Assembly (NCBI RefSeq): GCF_032062105.1 | Contig: NW_026929671.1 | Location: 310,001 to 374,000 of the forward strand | Direction of reading: 5' to 3' | Length of the DNA: 64,000 nucleotides | Source of the DNA: Saccostrea cucullata | Taxonomy: Eukaryota | Shown here: one piece after another, positions 40,881 through 54,649 of the stretch | Layout: each line of letters starts with the position of its first letter | Position numbering within the stretch: the stretch's first letter is position 1 | Position numbers and translations under genes: made by a program | The notes under the pieces: generated by a model | Databases searched by the model: none | What the model saw: the letters and a program-made list of their open reading frames with translations, nothing else | What the model was told of the DNA's origin: nothing

Positions 40881-41866
40881 AAAAAAAGATTTTGACTTAA
40901 GCTAAAGATGTTTCATGATCCCGGGGCCAGGTCTTCCAAAAATCTATTGGAATTCCCATAGGTACCAATATGTTATATTTTTGTATTGATATCTAGCATT
41001 TTTTATACTTTATTAAAAATCTTTTAAATGAAAAGAAGAAAAACACTTGCTTTGGCCTCAACTCTACCTTTAGATATATTGCAACACATGTGTGCACACT
41101 CACCGAATGGTTGTAGTACATGTACGTTAAAATATACTGAAAGGAAAAAGACACTTAGAGTAACATAATATGCAAATGTTTTTGACCGCATGACCGAAAG
41201 TTGCGAAATCTGGTCAGATGAGTATCTTGGTAACTATGAATATAAATCAGTGTTCAGAATTACTCAACCGTAAACATTGGAAAGTGCTAAAAAGCCACAA
41301 ATACCGCAACTTGATACTGTTTATATTGATGATCCTCTAACTGGCACATGCCCGTGATGTTTGTGTTTTTCGGCGTATTAACCCAAGGCCCACTGTAGCA
41401 TGGATTTATCAAGAACATCTCGAAATCAATCACATTCACCCTTTCGAAAGGTCTCCGTAAAGTCCATGTTTTTCTCATTTAAAATCTGTGGGACTAAGTT
41501 GAAGATAGGATTGAAATTGCCCAAACTGGTCTCTTTCAAAAAAGGTGTGCCTTGTTGAAAGGATTGAATAATATCTCTATTTGAAGGATAAACACATTAA
41601 TAAATTCAATGCAAAGGAGAGTCAAGGCTATGACAGATACGCGAAGGTGATTTTGAGTTAATGAGAAATTTCAATTTTCAATTTTGGGAGGTTTCGTCAT
41701 ATGAGTTTCAGTGATTCATGTGTAATGTGTATGTGTAATTATTATATTATATAAAAAAACAAAATTCCAAGATTTTTACCATGATCAAGGTGAACAGTAA
41801 TTGTTCTCATTAAACCTGGAACAAAATTCTAACTGTATAATTGGTTTATTAATTCATTTTCAGAAG

Positions 41867-43308
41867 ATGTCTTTGTCAAGCAAAGCCCAAAACAACATAG
41901 ACGTTTTGGCCTTTAGCATAAAGTGTAAAGTCCAGCAGTGTTCCGAGTGTCAAGGGGACACAGAATTCTACTGTAACACGTGTAAACATGATCTGTGCTT
42001 ACAGTGTAAAGAGAGACATGTTATTGATCTAGATACCATATACCATGATGTTGTGATTTACCGTGAGAAATATGGCTATATCCCAAAACAAGAGACTTGT
42101 GTGAGACATCCAGAGAGAGTATATTACAAGTACTGTCACTCATGTAAACTTCCTGTCTGTATCAAATGCAAAGAACACAGAGAACATAAAATCCGGGATA
42201 TAAAAAAAGTGTTTAAAACAAACCGAAAACAACATAGAGACATAGTTCACAATCTGAACAGTTGGCAAACAGACCAATTAAATTTCTGTTCTATCTAAAC
42301 ACCATATATGTTCCTAAAAGAAAAGACAATCCTTCTCTTGCACAACAAGCCCGGCTTTCTCTGACTGAAAAACTTAACAAGACTGATATAATTATGTTAC
42401 TGAGTGAAATCCGGGTACTAGAGACTGACAAAAGGAAAGTTAGAAACGAACATCTCTTAAGATTAATGGCTACACCGGTTTTACATAGATCTGTCACAGT
42501 TACAGATGTTCAGTGTATTGTTCATATTTCCGGTGTTACATCAGATCGGGTTTGGGTGACCGATGACGACAGTTTAATTTTGACAAATATAGCGGGTGAA
42601 ACACTTCATCATCTGACAGATAGAAGTGACTATTATGGAGGAATACACACGGTAAACAATTCCCGCGAACTTATTTACATAGACAGTGATGAGAACATAA
42701 ACAGATTAACTGAAGATAACAAAAAAATAACTACACTGATCAAGAAATCAGAACCATGGTTACCACTTTGTGTCTACTGTTCCACAGTAAATGGAGATCT
42801 ACTGGTTGGGATGAGAAATATTGATGCAGATAAAGGGAAGATAACTCGTTATAGCGACACAGGACATCACACACAGACAATATTATCACCTCAAAACACC
42901 GCTGGCAATATATATTACGAATATAGGGAACCTATATTCATCACAGAGAATCGCAATGGAGATATTATTGTGTCTGATTACACGCCTTATATGTTTGGCG
43001 CTGTAGTAGTGACAGATCGTAGAGGAAAATATCGTTTTTCCTATACAAGAACGCCATTTTCAAGAAATCAAATATGGCCACATGCAGTGTGTACAGACGC
43101 GCTACTAAATATCCTAGTGTGTGATTTAAATGATCACGTAATACATATGATTGACAAAGACGGGCATTTCTTGTCACTCCTATTGAATAAAGAACAACAT
43201 GGCAGACCAGAAGGCATGCATTACGATTACAAAACACATCTTTTATGGGTTGGAACAAGCACCAACAAAGTCCGTGTTTACAGACCCATAGAAAGGCATG
43301 GCTATTAA
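41867..43308 (+). pseudogene. B-box / NHL-repeat (TRIM-like) paralogue with a frameshifting deletion of the coiled coil
   Basis: ATG at 41867 follows a ttttcag acceptor. Two B-boxes (CSECQGDTEFYCNTC, CVRH..YCHSCKLPVC). At about 42255 the sequence jumps out of frame to SEQLANRPIKFLF, skipping about 80 aa present in the 19536 paralogue. The NHL domain is intact. Confidence 0.85.
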
Positions 43309-44248
43309 ACACGCAATTACAATTATCTGTAACCCCTACTCACACACATAAGTAGGGGGAAAGAGATCAAAATCACAAAGTCATTGTACGATGACGGTGA
43401 CTTTACCGTACAGTTTATTTTTATCTAAACTTGATCAAGATGCTTTTAAGATCAATTTAAACTCAATGAAAACAGATGTTGTCAATGGATGAAAATGGTA
43501 AAATACACATGTATTACTTTTTTTCATTTTTCATTTCATCACAGTGGCTTTAAAATGCGTAATAATTCACAGTTATACACAAGGAAGAATTGCACAAGGA
43601 TGGTTCAACAAAATGCTGATGTTTTGCTGACCTAGAGGAAAACATAGAAAAAATAGAATTTAAGCATCTACAAGAAGGTAAGGACTGTCTTCTTTTATTT
43701 ATTTGGTTCATTAAAAGAATCATTGATTACCTCGACAGAACCTTAACATGAAAGTTATACAGGTCATACATAGGTTCAAATTGGTACCGGCGTATTTTAC
43801 AAAGACTGTCCTCTTTCTTTATTGCTTCATGGATTAATTTTTTTTTTGTAGAGAGAACAGGTCGTATTCGCATGTTTTCATCGCTTAGGATATTTTTTCT
43901 GTACAGAGTATCAATCGAAACATAACATTTCTGCAATTTCTTCTAAATACCGACATTTATTAAATATACATATCCCAGTCTGAAGTCAGTCCAAAAAAAA
44001 CGTATACTTCTTTTGAGGAGTTTTTTTTAAATTGATGCATCAGTTCATCATTAAGAAAGATGTAATTATCCTTGTTACCAGATGGTTCTAAATTTTGGGA
44101 TTCACAAAGGTTAACCTTGTAAACTTTATATACAACTTTTCCCCACGATAAATTAAATTCCATTTTTTTTTTTTTAATTATTCACACAACATACAGCATT
44201 CTATACATATTTCAACAGAAACAGAATGATGTGTGTTTTTTTATTTAA

Positions 44249-44321
44249 AGAGAGAGAGAGAGCAACAAAGAGAGAGAGAGAGGAGGGGAGAGCAACAGAG
44301 AGAGAGAGAGAGAAGGAGAGA
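44249..44321. repeat. Imperfect (GA)n microsatellite
   Basis: GA-rich run seen directly. Confidence 0.9.
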
Positions 44322-44499
44322 GTAAAGGTCCAAGTTAAGAGAATAGCAGATTCCACCTGTTCCACTGGGTATCAAACTTTTCCTTTTTATCATTCTTATA
44401 AGAAATAAATTTTTGTGTTTCATAATGAAATTTCCTTTGTGATATTGCATTTTGTACATTAATAGGTTTTTTGCGCACCTTGCAGTATAAATATAGTAT

Positions 44500-46715
44500 T
44501 TAAGCCAAAAAAGAATAGCTAATTTGGATTGCTAAAATTTCTGCACATATAATAAATATATATGGTGACAAAGTATCACCTTGCTTGCAGCCCCTCTGAA
44601 TGTTAATTCTATCAGAGAGATTACCACCTTGGTTAATTGCAGATGTAATATCTGTATTAAAAAGGGATACCCACCTCTTAATTGAGGGACCAAAGTTAAA
44701 CAAGTTAAGTGTGCCTTGTATAAAGCTCCATGAAAGTGTATCAAAAGCTTTTTAAAAGTCAATAAGTAGTAATAATCCAGGTATATTTCTTCCTGAGTGT
44801 AATGCATTATGTCATAAATTAACCTGGTGTTTCCTCCTATATATAGATTGGAGATGAAGTCTGTTTGATCTTCATTAATTATTTTATCTAAATAGCATTT
44901 TACTCTGTTTGTAGTAGATCCAGATGCAATTTTATATACCGATATTTAATAAAGTAATAGGTCGCCAATTCTTTAAGTATAGTCTTGGCTTGTCACCTTT
45001 TGGTAACAAAGTAATGATACCATGTTTTTGTGTAATAGATAGACCGTTATACTTATAACCATTATTAATAGATCTAACTACAAAAACCCCAATGTATTTC
45101 AAAAACATCTTGAAGAATTCTGCAGAAAAGCCATCTGATCCAGGGATTTATTTGATTTCATTTTGTAAAGTGTAGAAGAGGCTTCTTTCTTAGTAATTTC
45201 GCCTTCTATTGATTCTGATTCTTTGCATGAAAGCCTACGCAGTACAGTTAAGGTGCGCAATGGAAATATCGACTAAATTTTGTATTTAAAAATGTATTCG
45301 TATTCGGGATGGCGATTATTTTTAGTACATTATTATGTCGGATAATTGTAATTATGATTAATAACTACATATCGAGGACGATTATATTTTATATTTAGAC
45401 TAGTCACGTGATGCGGCAGTCACTTGATTTTGACTTGCAGTATTGATGTTACATATAAATATCACTAGTGCAAGGGCATAACCAAGTTAAATTTCCAAGT
45501 TTAGTATATAAATATTTTCAACACACATTGTAGTTTCTAAAAAGTGCTGCGACCCTGTCTAAATTCTGCAATTTCATTGTTTAAATTATACTTGTAAGAC
45601 CAAATGCTATATTTTTTGCTGGTCAGCGGCATGAAATATTGATATAATTAAATTGTTTTTAGGATTTCATCAGGATCGCAGCACTTTTCAGATACCTTAA
45701 TAGTTCAAGAGTTAAAATGTCAATCCTTACTTTTATCCATAGAGTGTATGCCCTTGCACTAGATCGATTTATTAAGACCCCCACATTACCCCCCGATGTA
45801 TTTGCATACAGATATACGGCAGTGTCAATTAAATACGTAATGTACAGAAAATATGTTAATAAAATAGTGAAGAGGACATTAAATTCAAGTTATTGGCCCA
45901 TAGAATATCTGTAAATAATATTTTATTTAATCAGAGAATATATATTTTGTTGAGAAAATATTACTTGATCTGTCTCTCACAGCATACAAACTACGTCACG
46001 CTGTAAGAAATGACGTCATATTGACAAGTGTATTGCGATCAGTGACTTGTTTATAACTTGTTATGTGGGATTAAACTAACGACAAAACAGCACGCTGTAG
46101 TAAGTTTTTATGTAGTTTTATAATTTCTTACTGGTTTAATTAGCATATCAACTCATTTTGTGGTATTTTAAAGAAATGTTGTATGTCGTATATTGTATAT
46201 GATGTCATAGTCAAGTTTTCCCGTAAAATTAGGCTCCGCCTCCTTTTTGTAACCTTAACTGTGCTGCGTACGAATTTCTTTATTTCTTAACTCATTGAAT
46301 AGATCAGTATTTGAAGTAAGTGTACTTTTTTTATATAACTGTTCATAAAAACATTTTTCTTCTCTTAAAATTTCTGTTCGGTCATAAATAACATTTCCAT
46401 TATTATCTTCTAATCTTGGTATGATCTTACTAGTAAAGTTTCTAGATCCTAATATACAAAAGTAATTTGATGGTTTTTCGCCTTCCTCAACCCATTTTAC
46501 TCTACTTCTGATATATTAACCCTGTAACTTATGTTTTCGAATGTTTTCTAATTCTTGCTTTTTACTACATAATTCATCAATGTTATTTTCACAAACATTT
46601 TCTTCCAATATTCTGTTATTTTCTATTAATTCTTTCTCCTTATTTTCCTTTTTCTTTTTGATATAAGTTGCATTTGATATAGTTTAACCCCTTATTTCAA
46701 AGAGCAGGGTTTTAA
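44500..46715 (-). mobile_element. Decayed L1/Tx1-like LINE ORF2 interrupted by a MITE
   Basis: FNFGPSIKRWV...RGCKQGDTLSPYIFIICAEILA. Upstream minus-strand motifs KNWRPITLLN, GSDGFSAEFF and KWVEEGEKPSNYF. Confidence 0.75.
45236..46270. mobile_element. MITE inserted in the LINE
   Basis: TIRs TACGCAGTACAGTTAAGGT and ACCTTAACTGTGCTGCGTA; extra internal inverted pair CTAGTGCAAGGGCATA and TATGCCCTTGCACTAG. Confidence 0.8.
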
Positions 46716-46769
46716 GAATTCCAGGGTTTTTTTTATATTAAATTGACAGCTGCTTTTTCATTAAAAAAT

Positions 46770-47353
46770 AAAGAGCGATATGTGGTAAGTGTCTCAATTG
46801 GCCCCTTAAAATGAATATCTTAATTTTACTTTATATATAGCTTAAATTTGTACAGCTATTTATGCAACCTTTATTCGTCATTTTCATTTCGATCAAAATG
46901 CCGTTATTTTAAAAATATGACATCACAAAAATCACGTTTTCCCACCATTTTAGCATATTTTGTGTAAAACTGCTTATTTTCAAGCAATTTTTCTTCCAGA
47001 AAATATAGAGCGCAGCCTAGAACAAGATTTATATTTTTACCAAAGATGTATCTATCCAATACTAATTAGTGACAGAAAAATTATGCATGTTCTACACTGC
47101 GCTCTATGTTTCCCATAAGAAAAAACATCAAGAAAAAGGCATATTTTTGGCTTTTTTGTTAAATAGCAAAAATAGCATTATTTCTCGTATCATTTACAGC
47201 TAGTGAGTGCATATAAATGTGAAAAATAAATTGGAAATATTTTAAATAAAATCTCCTCCACAAAATAAATATCAATTAAACATATATGAATGTCATTCTA
47301 CAATGTTGATTTTTAGGGGGCCAAAATTGGCTCTTATCATATATACTCCTTTA
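46770..47353. mobile_element. Degenerate Kolobok-like MITE
   Basis: Diverged TIRs TAAAG...GTAAGTGTCTCAATTGGCCCC and GGGGCCAAAATTGGCTCTTATC...CTTTA. Confidence 0.5.
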
Positions 47354-47554
47354 CATACCTTGTCATTGGTCAATTGCAAAATTAGTTTGTTAAAAAAACA
47401 TTCTGATTTTACGCACAAGCACTCTGAAGTTGACTTTAAAAAGATGCTTCTGATCGACAATATTTCAAGAAACTTGAGGGAGATAGTCGTGTAAATCAGA
47501 TATGGATACTTAAAAATTCTAAGAAAATTGTCCATATCTTATCCGTGAAATGAA

Positions 47555-48155
47555 GAAAACACTGGCTGTGGCCTTCAAATTGGATTAAGATATATCGACA
47601 ACGTATTGTTTATTAAGAATAATTATTTCTATTTTAAAGTTAATACGATATATTCCGGTGAACTGGAGATAAAAGATACCACATCATGTGACACAGCTGT
47701 TTCATATTTATAAACCTCTATCGCCTGTATACGGAGTTTATATTTCTAATTTGATTCCATACTCAATAGCATGCTCTACGTATGTACAATTTCTAAACCG
47801 AGGAAAATTAAAGATAAAGAGTTGATGAAATAAGAATATTAGCAGTCTCATTTAAAGCATTTTTTCATAGGTTCTATGGTCGATACAATGATTATGTCAG
47901 CAAGCACAATTTATCATTAAATCAAATGCTGATTGACGTTTTTCATACTAATTGTTAGGCCTTTCCTATACACTGAATTGTTGACGTTATTTTCCAATCA
48001 TGACAAGGAGCACACGGCGGGTGTGACAGGTCGGGAATGCTCACTCCTCCATGGCATCTGATCACACCTCATGTTTTGGAGGTCCGTGTTTGCTTTGCTC
48101 CTATTTTGTATTGTTTAACGGGATTTTGAGGTGGAATACTGTTCGTTAACTCCAT
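47555..48155 (+). mobile_element. Penelope-like element: decayed RT core plus 3' tail
   Basis: RYIDNVLFIKNNYF..IYSGELEIKDTT..AVSYL, then the RT C-terminus and the family tail. Confidence 0.7.
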
Positions 48156-49814
48156 ATATATTTCATTTCATTTAAAGAAAGAATTCTTTAATTGAGGTTA
48201 AGTTTGATATTCTAAGAGAAATTTGTAGATTCCTTTGTTCGATTATTTTACTGTTATAGTATTGTGTTTAATCTTATTTTTTTATTAATAACTTACTAAG
48301 CTCACTTACTGGTAGAAAATATTTTATGGTGTTTTGTAATCTCATATTAATTCACTTTGTTTACTTTGAAAAAATTATTTTGAATTTACTGCTGAAAATT
48401 TATATGCAACTCTCTTGTAAGCGTATGCGTAGAAATAAGTATTTAGAAGCTTTGTAAGAAAATCTTTATAGGAAATTGGTAAAGTTGCATTTGAAAAACA
48501 TACAGTAAAAGTTCCATTGAATTTGAAATAACAAAAGAGTGTTTAGGTGGCTTTCCATACCTGTGTCATTGTCTTGCATGAATGTAAAAATGTTTGACAC
48601 TTTTATGAACGACATTAAACTCTTTTTACCCTCCCGTGTTCTTAAAGCTGACATGAACTCTTAAAAGGGCATATAATTTTTAATCTTGGTACGACTTACT
48701 ACTTTCCTGTAAGCCCTTGTCCGCCATATTTCTTCGATTCCGCCATATTTATTCGATTTCGCCATATTTACCGGTATTTGAGATTTTTTGGCCACCTGTG
48801 CCTGCTACATAAAGCCTGGTACATTTGTTTCACTTGAGTAATTTGCTAACCTGGCTCTCGACATGTACACATCTCCGAAAGCATAGTTTTTAGAAATCCA
48901 TAAACTGACCAAATGCATGTTTTAAAAGTAAAAATCCTACAAAAACTAGAACTAGCATATTTGCTGCATTATAGAAAATGTACTAACACGGAATACATTC
49001 ATGTTCAGCAAAAAGCGTTTGGATATGCACGCCTGCAGATCGAGGAAACGCATCAAACACAGTGATAAAAACATTAACCTAAATATTGCTATTGTTACAG
49101 AGATGTGCACATGTCGAAAGAAATATCCTATTTTACTTCTACTGAAATACTAGTAATCCATTGTTAACTCAACAGTACAAAACTGTCACCACATAGCATT
49201 TGGACACACGTGTTCCATGCCGATCAGTTTATTTGGTCAGGGAAAATTTCAAAGGTGGAAAGCTCACTGGTATTTTGGTTGATTGAAAAAAATGTGAAGG
49301 AATGGGGGGGGGTAATAAAACATGTCTATCACTCTCAGAAAAATAATTTGAAAAAGTTCGGACTTCGTTACCATCACTCTTTTTCAAATAAATACAGTGT
49401 ACTGACTCTATATATATTTTTTAATATAGACTTAATATAACTTGATATAAATTTATTTATAATTTTATACACAATAAACGGGTTTGATTCGATGGTACAT
49501 GAATGATCGAAATAGAATTGAATGTGAATTATATTTCTTGACGTAATATTAATAATTAATAATCAAAGCATATATATAGGAAAGGAGAGAAAACTCCAAA
49601 TTAATTTTTTTTCTTCTTGTTTAAATATTTTTTGTCCAGATTCCTTACCTGTGAAGGTATTTGAGAAACGTCCAAATGTTAACATTCCTGTGATGTTGAT
49701 TTCACATTTATTTCCCTTTTAATTTGGGCGTTCAGAATTTTTTTTCAAAAGTAAAATTATTAATCATTGATCTGTCCCAAGGGCTAATAAATGGTACAGC
49801 AGAAATTGCGTTAA

Positions 49815-50108
49815 TGGTCGATACAATGACCTTGTTAGCAAATACAATTTATCATTAAGTAAAATGATGACTGACGTTTTTCATACTAATAGTTAGTCCA
49901 TTATCTATACACGGAATTGACGAAGAATTTTTCCGTTATTTCCCGATCATAAGAAGTACACGACGGGTGTGACCAGTCAACAGCAGATGCTCATTGTTCC
50001 ATGACACCTGATCCCACCTCTGGTGTTTGGGAGGTCCGTGTTTGCTCTGCTCCTATTTTGTATTGTTTTATGGACTTTGAGGTTGAATACTCTTCGTTAC
50101 CCCCATAT
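49815..50108 (+). mobile_element. Penelope-like 3' tail copy
   Basis: Highly similar to 18243-18540. Confidence 0.7.
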
Positions 50109-51375
50109 CCTTCTATATACCTATTATTGTGCTAATGGATGGTTACAGGAGAGAAAGAGAGAGAGAGAGAGAGTTCAATGTACAAAAGAGTAAATAAAAA
50201 TTATCCGTATTCAACCAGGTTTCAAGTATCCCTACCCTAGCTGTTAAAATCCCCCAAATATTCCTACAGAAATTATTTTTATTTTAAAAAAGCTAGACTG
50301 TCAGACAGGGATACTGAAATCTCGAAAGACTTCCTGTACAGTTGTAACTACATAATTATAAAACAGTCACATGCCTCAAAATTTACACATTTTGTGGTAG
50401 GAGTGAGACATTAAAAAATCTAAAAATCGGATTTGGCAGAAATGTCTGTCAGAATATTTAGACAATGGTCATGTCAATTATCCCCACCCCCCGCTTAAAA
50501 GATACAAACGCCTAAATGTCAATCTAAACAGGGGATGGTCTTTCTCCGCGTGTATGTTAAAGAACGTACAGATGTGCACATAAAAAATTTTCTGGTTAAA
50601 TGCTTTTTAAGACTTGACCTCAATGATTACTTTATATCAAATTACTTGGTTTAGATTTGAGATTTGTACTAAAATAATCAGTTATAATTGACAAATTATT
50701 TTGTGTATCGACGTGCTGGAATGTACGGAGTAGTGACAACGTGTTTACTTTTGAGTTTTTGCGGAGTACATTTCTTTTTTGTGATGCATATTTCAATAAA
50801 TGGAATTCAGGGTGTATAGTGATTTACGGGTTTTACAACTTTTTATTTTCTCCTTCACTCTGTTCATCCGCAAATAAATCATTTTCTTTCTGAACCATAA
50901 TTTTTTTTCCCTCAATTTTATTTCAATAATATATTAACAAAAAAGTGGAGGTAATACCTCCTCGGAGGCCCTCCTAAATATATCTTCACCTGGGGTGCCA
51001 GGATCTCCCTGGATCAGTATATTGAATATTTGATTATACATGTACATATATTTAGATGTCCAATAAAATACAGCAGTTACATGTATAAATAGATAATATA
51101 ATATTTGCACGTTATATAACATTTTCATGTACATATAGCATTAAGAAAAAAAAACAGATTCAATTTCATAAGAAATAATCGTAGGGGGACACCAACGCAC
51201 AAGAGTCCACATTACCCCCAACGAAAGTATACCCCAAAGGCCAGGTCACCTTTGGATCAATATATGATATATAATTTCATAATTTTTCTGACAATTCTCT
51301 GATGATATCGAAATCACATACAATAGTTTTTGATAATTTTGTTATGAAATAGAACTGAGTAAGTGCATTTTTTAA

Positions 51376-52154
51376 AGGTACTTGGACACAGATTTGAAGT
51401 TAATATTTTCTCATTTTTTCTGTATAATATCACGAATTATATATTTTAATAGCATTTCACACAAAAATTAATTAAAAATTTTATTTTATTTAAAAGTTAA
51501 TAAAACTTTAAATTTTTTGGCGGGTTTGATTGACACATCCTTGCACTTTTACAAATTTCAACTTTATTCTTAATCCTTAGGAAAAGTGGCAATTTTGATG
51601 TGTTTTGATGAGAAATATTAAAACTTTTATCAAGAAAAATAATTTTATTCAGAGTAGAAATGTTAGAGAGCAAAACACTTTCACAAGTATCGTCATTCCG
51701 AACTAAGAGATGCGTACAGAGTTTAGCAAATCGAGCACACTCGTGTTATGTACACAGTTTTTGTAAACAGGGCTTGAGTTCTGTTATTGTTTATATTTAG
51801 AATTCACCGGGTGCGTTCAATCGTCACAGTCTGCTTACCACAACTGCACGGACTGACAATATATTGTGTGTTTGTTTTGCTTTCGAACGTGTCTACTCTG
51901 AATTTTCTGGATTATAGTATTAATATTTTTAATTTATACAAAACGAGATTGCCACTTTTCCTAAGGATTAAGAATAAAATTAAATTTGTGAGTGTGCAAG
52001 GATATGTCAATCAAACCCGCCGAAAAATTTGAAATTTCAATATCTTTTAAACGAAATAAGATTTTTGATTAATTTTTGTGTGAAATGCTATTAAAATATA
52101 TAAGTCGAAATATTATAGAGAAAATAATAACTTCAAATCTGTGTCCAAGTACCT
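51376..52154. mobile_element. Kolobok-type MITE with long TIRs
   Basis: AGGTACTTGGACACAGATTTGAAGTT and AACTTCAAATCTGTGTCCAAGTACCT; TTAA TSD; inverted similarity extends about 230 bp. Confidence 0.85.
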
Positions 52155-52158
52155 TTAA

Positions 52159-52540
52159 GAAATACAATAAACTCTGATTAGTCACACTCTCATTTAAAAG
52201 TCTACATTTCATTTTATATTTATATATTTTGTAGGCTATGAAGGACAATGTATTGTTTAAAATGAAAGTTTTTTTATTACAATATGTTGGAAAACCAATG
52301 ACAATAACTTTCCATGACACATCTATGTTTAAAAGCAATGTTATTTTACTCCAAATTGGTTTTACTGCACAACAATCAAAAACAAGGTGCTTAATGTCCT
52401 CCTCTACATTACAAATCGAACAGTTTACACTTAAGTCTTTTTTCCATTTACTAACATACTTATTACAGGCCAGTAAGTTATGCATTAATTTAAAATTAAA
52501 CTCAGACACATTCTTATCAAATATTTTTTTGACTTTTTGA
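52159..52540 (-). mobile_element. L1/Tx1-like ORF2 C-terminal zinc-binding fragment
   Basis: EFNFKLMHNLLACN...CSICNVEEDIKHLVFDC; cut by the Kolobok MITE. Confidence 0.7.
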
Positions 52541-52639
52541 CTATCTGAACCATAATTGAAAAGAGACTAAATTCCAAATAAACAAAACATTTATTAGTTA
52601 TGAGTTATAAACTCAGCTCGAAACACAAAGCGTTTAATA

Positions 52640-54049
52640 TTAGATTCCTAAATTGAGAGAAACACACAACCTGGACTTAACATCATCTTGTACATAACCG
52701 TCTTTTGCATTTTCAGATTTCCACCTTCCATAAAGTTTAAATAATCTATCTGACACCGAGTTATTAGCTGCAGAAGTTGCTCCTTCACTTCTCAAGGGAT
52801 GCAGCCAAACTTCTTTTTCTAAACCATTTGTATCTAAAACAGACCTAAACAGTTTTCTTACTCTGGAATAAGAAATTGCTTGTCCTCAGCGAAACTTCAT
52901 TAACCTTTACAACAATGCCCTTGTTCAATAATTCATCAATGCCGTTACTTACAAAACCAGAATGCTGCTTTGCTGAGTTGTTGTTGCTGCAAAATTTAGC
53001 TTCAGGATAGTGATAAACAGGTACAATGTATCCAGAAGAAACAATATTACACACTGTATCGCTAGCTCTAAGAACGTTTTTCAAAAAATATACATGTTCT
53101 CTTAATCTACCTTTGACATTTTGAACATTGCACTTAACTTTAGCTTCACATTTACATATGTCAGAAAAAATGCTCACTATTTCATTCATTTCATTACTTT
53201 GATTTCTTATCAGCGTTGTCACTGGTAATGGTGGCTGTTGGGACTGACACTCTTCCCGGCATCTTGAGCGGGCACTGGGTTGACACATGTCCCTCCTCGA
53301 AGCAATAGAAACAGACTGTAGGTTTAGCGAAGGGGAATCTAAATATGGTAGCTTGTGTCGGTGCTGACCAAGGGCGGATGGAGTTTCTGGATATGTTGAA
53401 ACGAAAAAGGTCGTTCCGCATAACTGGGCCGCCGTTTCTATCGTATGGCTTTTTGTCAGCTTTCTCCTTTCTACGCTTGACTGCCCTGGACACTGCTTTC
53501 CTAAGTTTATTTGCCTTGTCAGGACCTTCCACCAAATTATCCCCCAAATGCTCCTCCAGTGTATCCCAACCATACTTGTCGGCAATGCGCACGCGCGTAT
53601 TCCTCTCTGTCAATTTGTCTCCGGTCGAGTTGATAACTTCTTTTGCGTCTTCAATTCTCCCAAACTTCAAGTATTCGTCTACCAAATCCAGTTCAGCGAT
53701 TCTGTTCTAATTAAATTCAAATGGAGTCTTACAACCAGTATACTTACAAGTATTTTGTCCAATGTCCTGTTCAGAATAAAGCTCCTGCAAATTTCTGATA
53801 CTCTGTCCTCCAGTTCTTGTCTCATGTGAGCCCTCTTAATGCACTTTTAAGCCTGCCTGTGAACAAGGATAAGGCCTCTTCTATAGAAATAGCGCTGTCA
53901 TTTTCTTTATCCGTTTTACCGTCGTTATTCCTCTCTATTCTAATTTGTTTGTGCAGATTCTCTTCGAACATTGTACTTTTAGCTGAGTATGAACTCGAAT
54001 GAATAGAATACACAGACAGCTGTTTAAATACCCAAGATATTTTACTCAC
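52640..54049 (-). mobile_element. Internally deleted DIRS-superfamily (tyrosine recombinase) retrotransposon
   Basis: Gag-like ORF (RVRIADKYGWDTLEE...CFYCFEEGHVSTQC) overlaps an RT N-terminus (VKGRLREH...GYIVP...NNNSA...ELLNKG). This is fused at about 52890 to a YR C-terminus, HPLRSEGATSAANNSVSDRLFKLYGRWKSENAKDGYVQDD...LGI*. Confidence 0.85.
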
Positions 54050-54649
54050 ATAATAAAGCGCATATATAATTCATACGCTTAAGAGAAAACATATCCAACA
54101 CTCTAAATATAAAATAGTTCAATTATGCTAACGAAAAGACATTAAATTATTTCTGGTTTATTCTGCATAAATTGGCGCAAGGTAAAAATGCGTACTCATG
54201 CAACTAAATTTTTCTTCCAAATTTGCATTTTCTTTCTTTTTCTTTATTACATTTGAATCAAATCAATATAATTATTCGGAAATATGATTATTTTGTTGTT
54301 TGTTGTTGTTTTGAAATGTCTTGATCAACTCATGTGTTCTCAAATGCTTTACCATCGGAGATGTGCACAAGTCGGTAGCCTAGCCAAAAAATCATTCAAG
54401 TGTAACGAGCCCATTGGGGTATATATCGTTACAATAAGACAATGTGTCTGAAAGAAAGCGGAATACGGCTATTGTTGGAAAGAAACAAGTCGTACATAGA
54501 TGAAAATGTTGGATTTTTAAGAATTCTTGTCAGCTTTAAAAACAAATACTAGTAAATACAAATGTCTCAAAGCGGCACGACTTTGACTTAATGATACAAA
54601 ACCTACCTATGTTTTACAGTGAGCACCTTTGAGGAATGTTTACCTGGGT

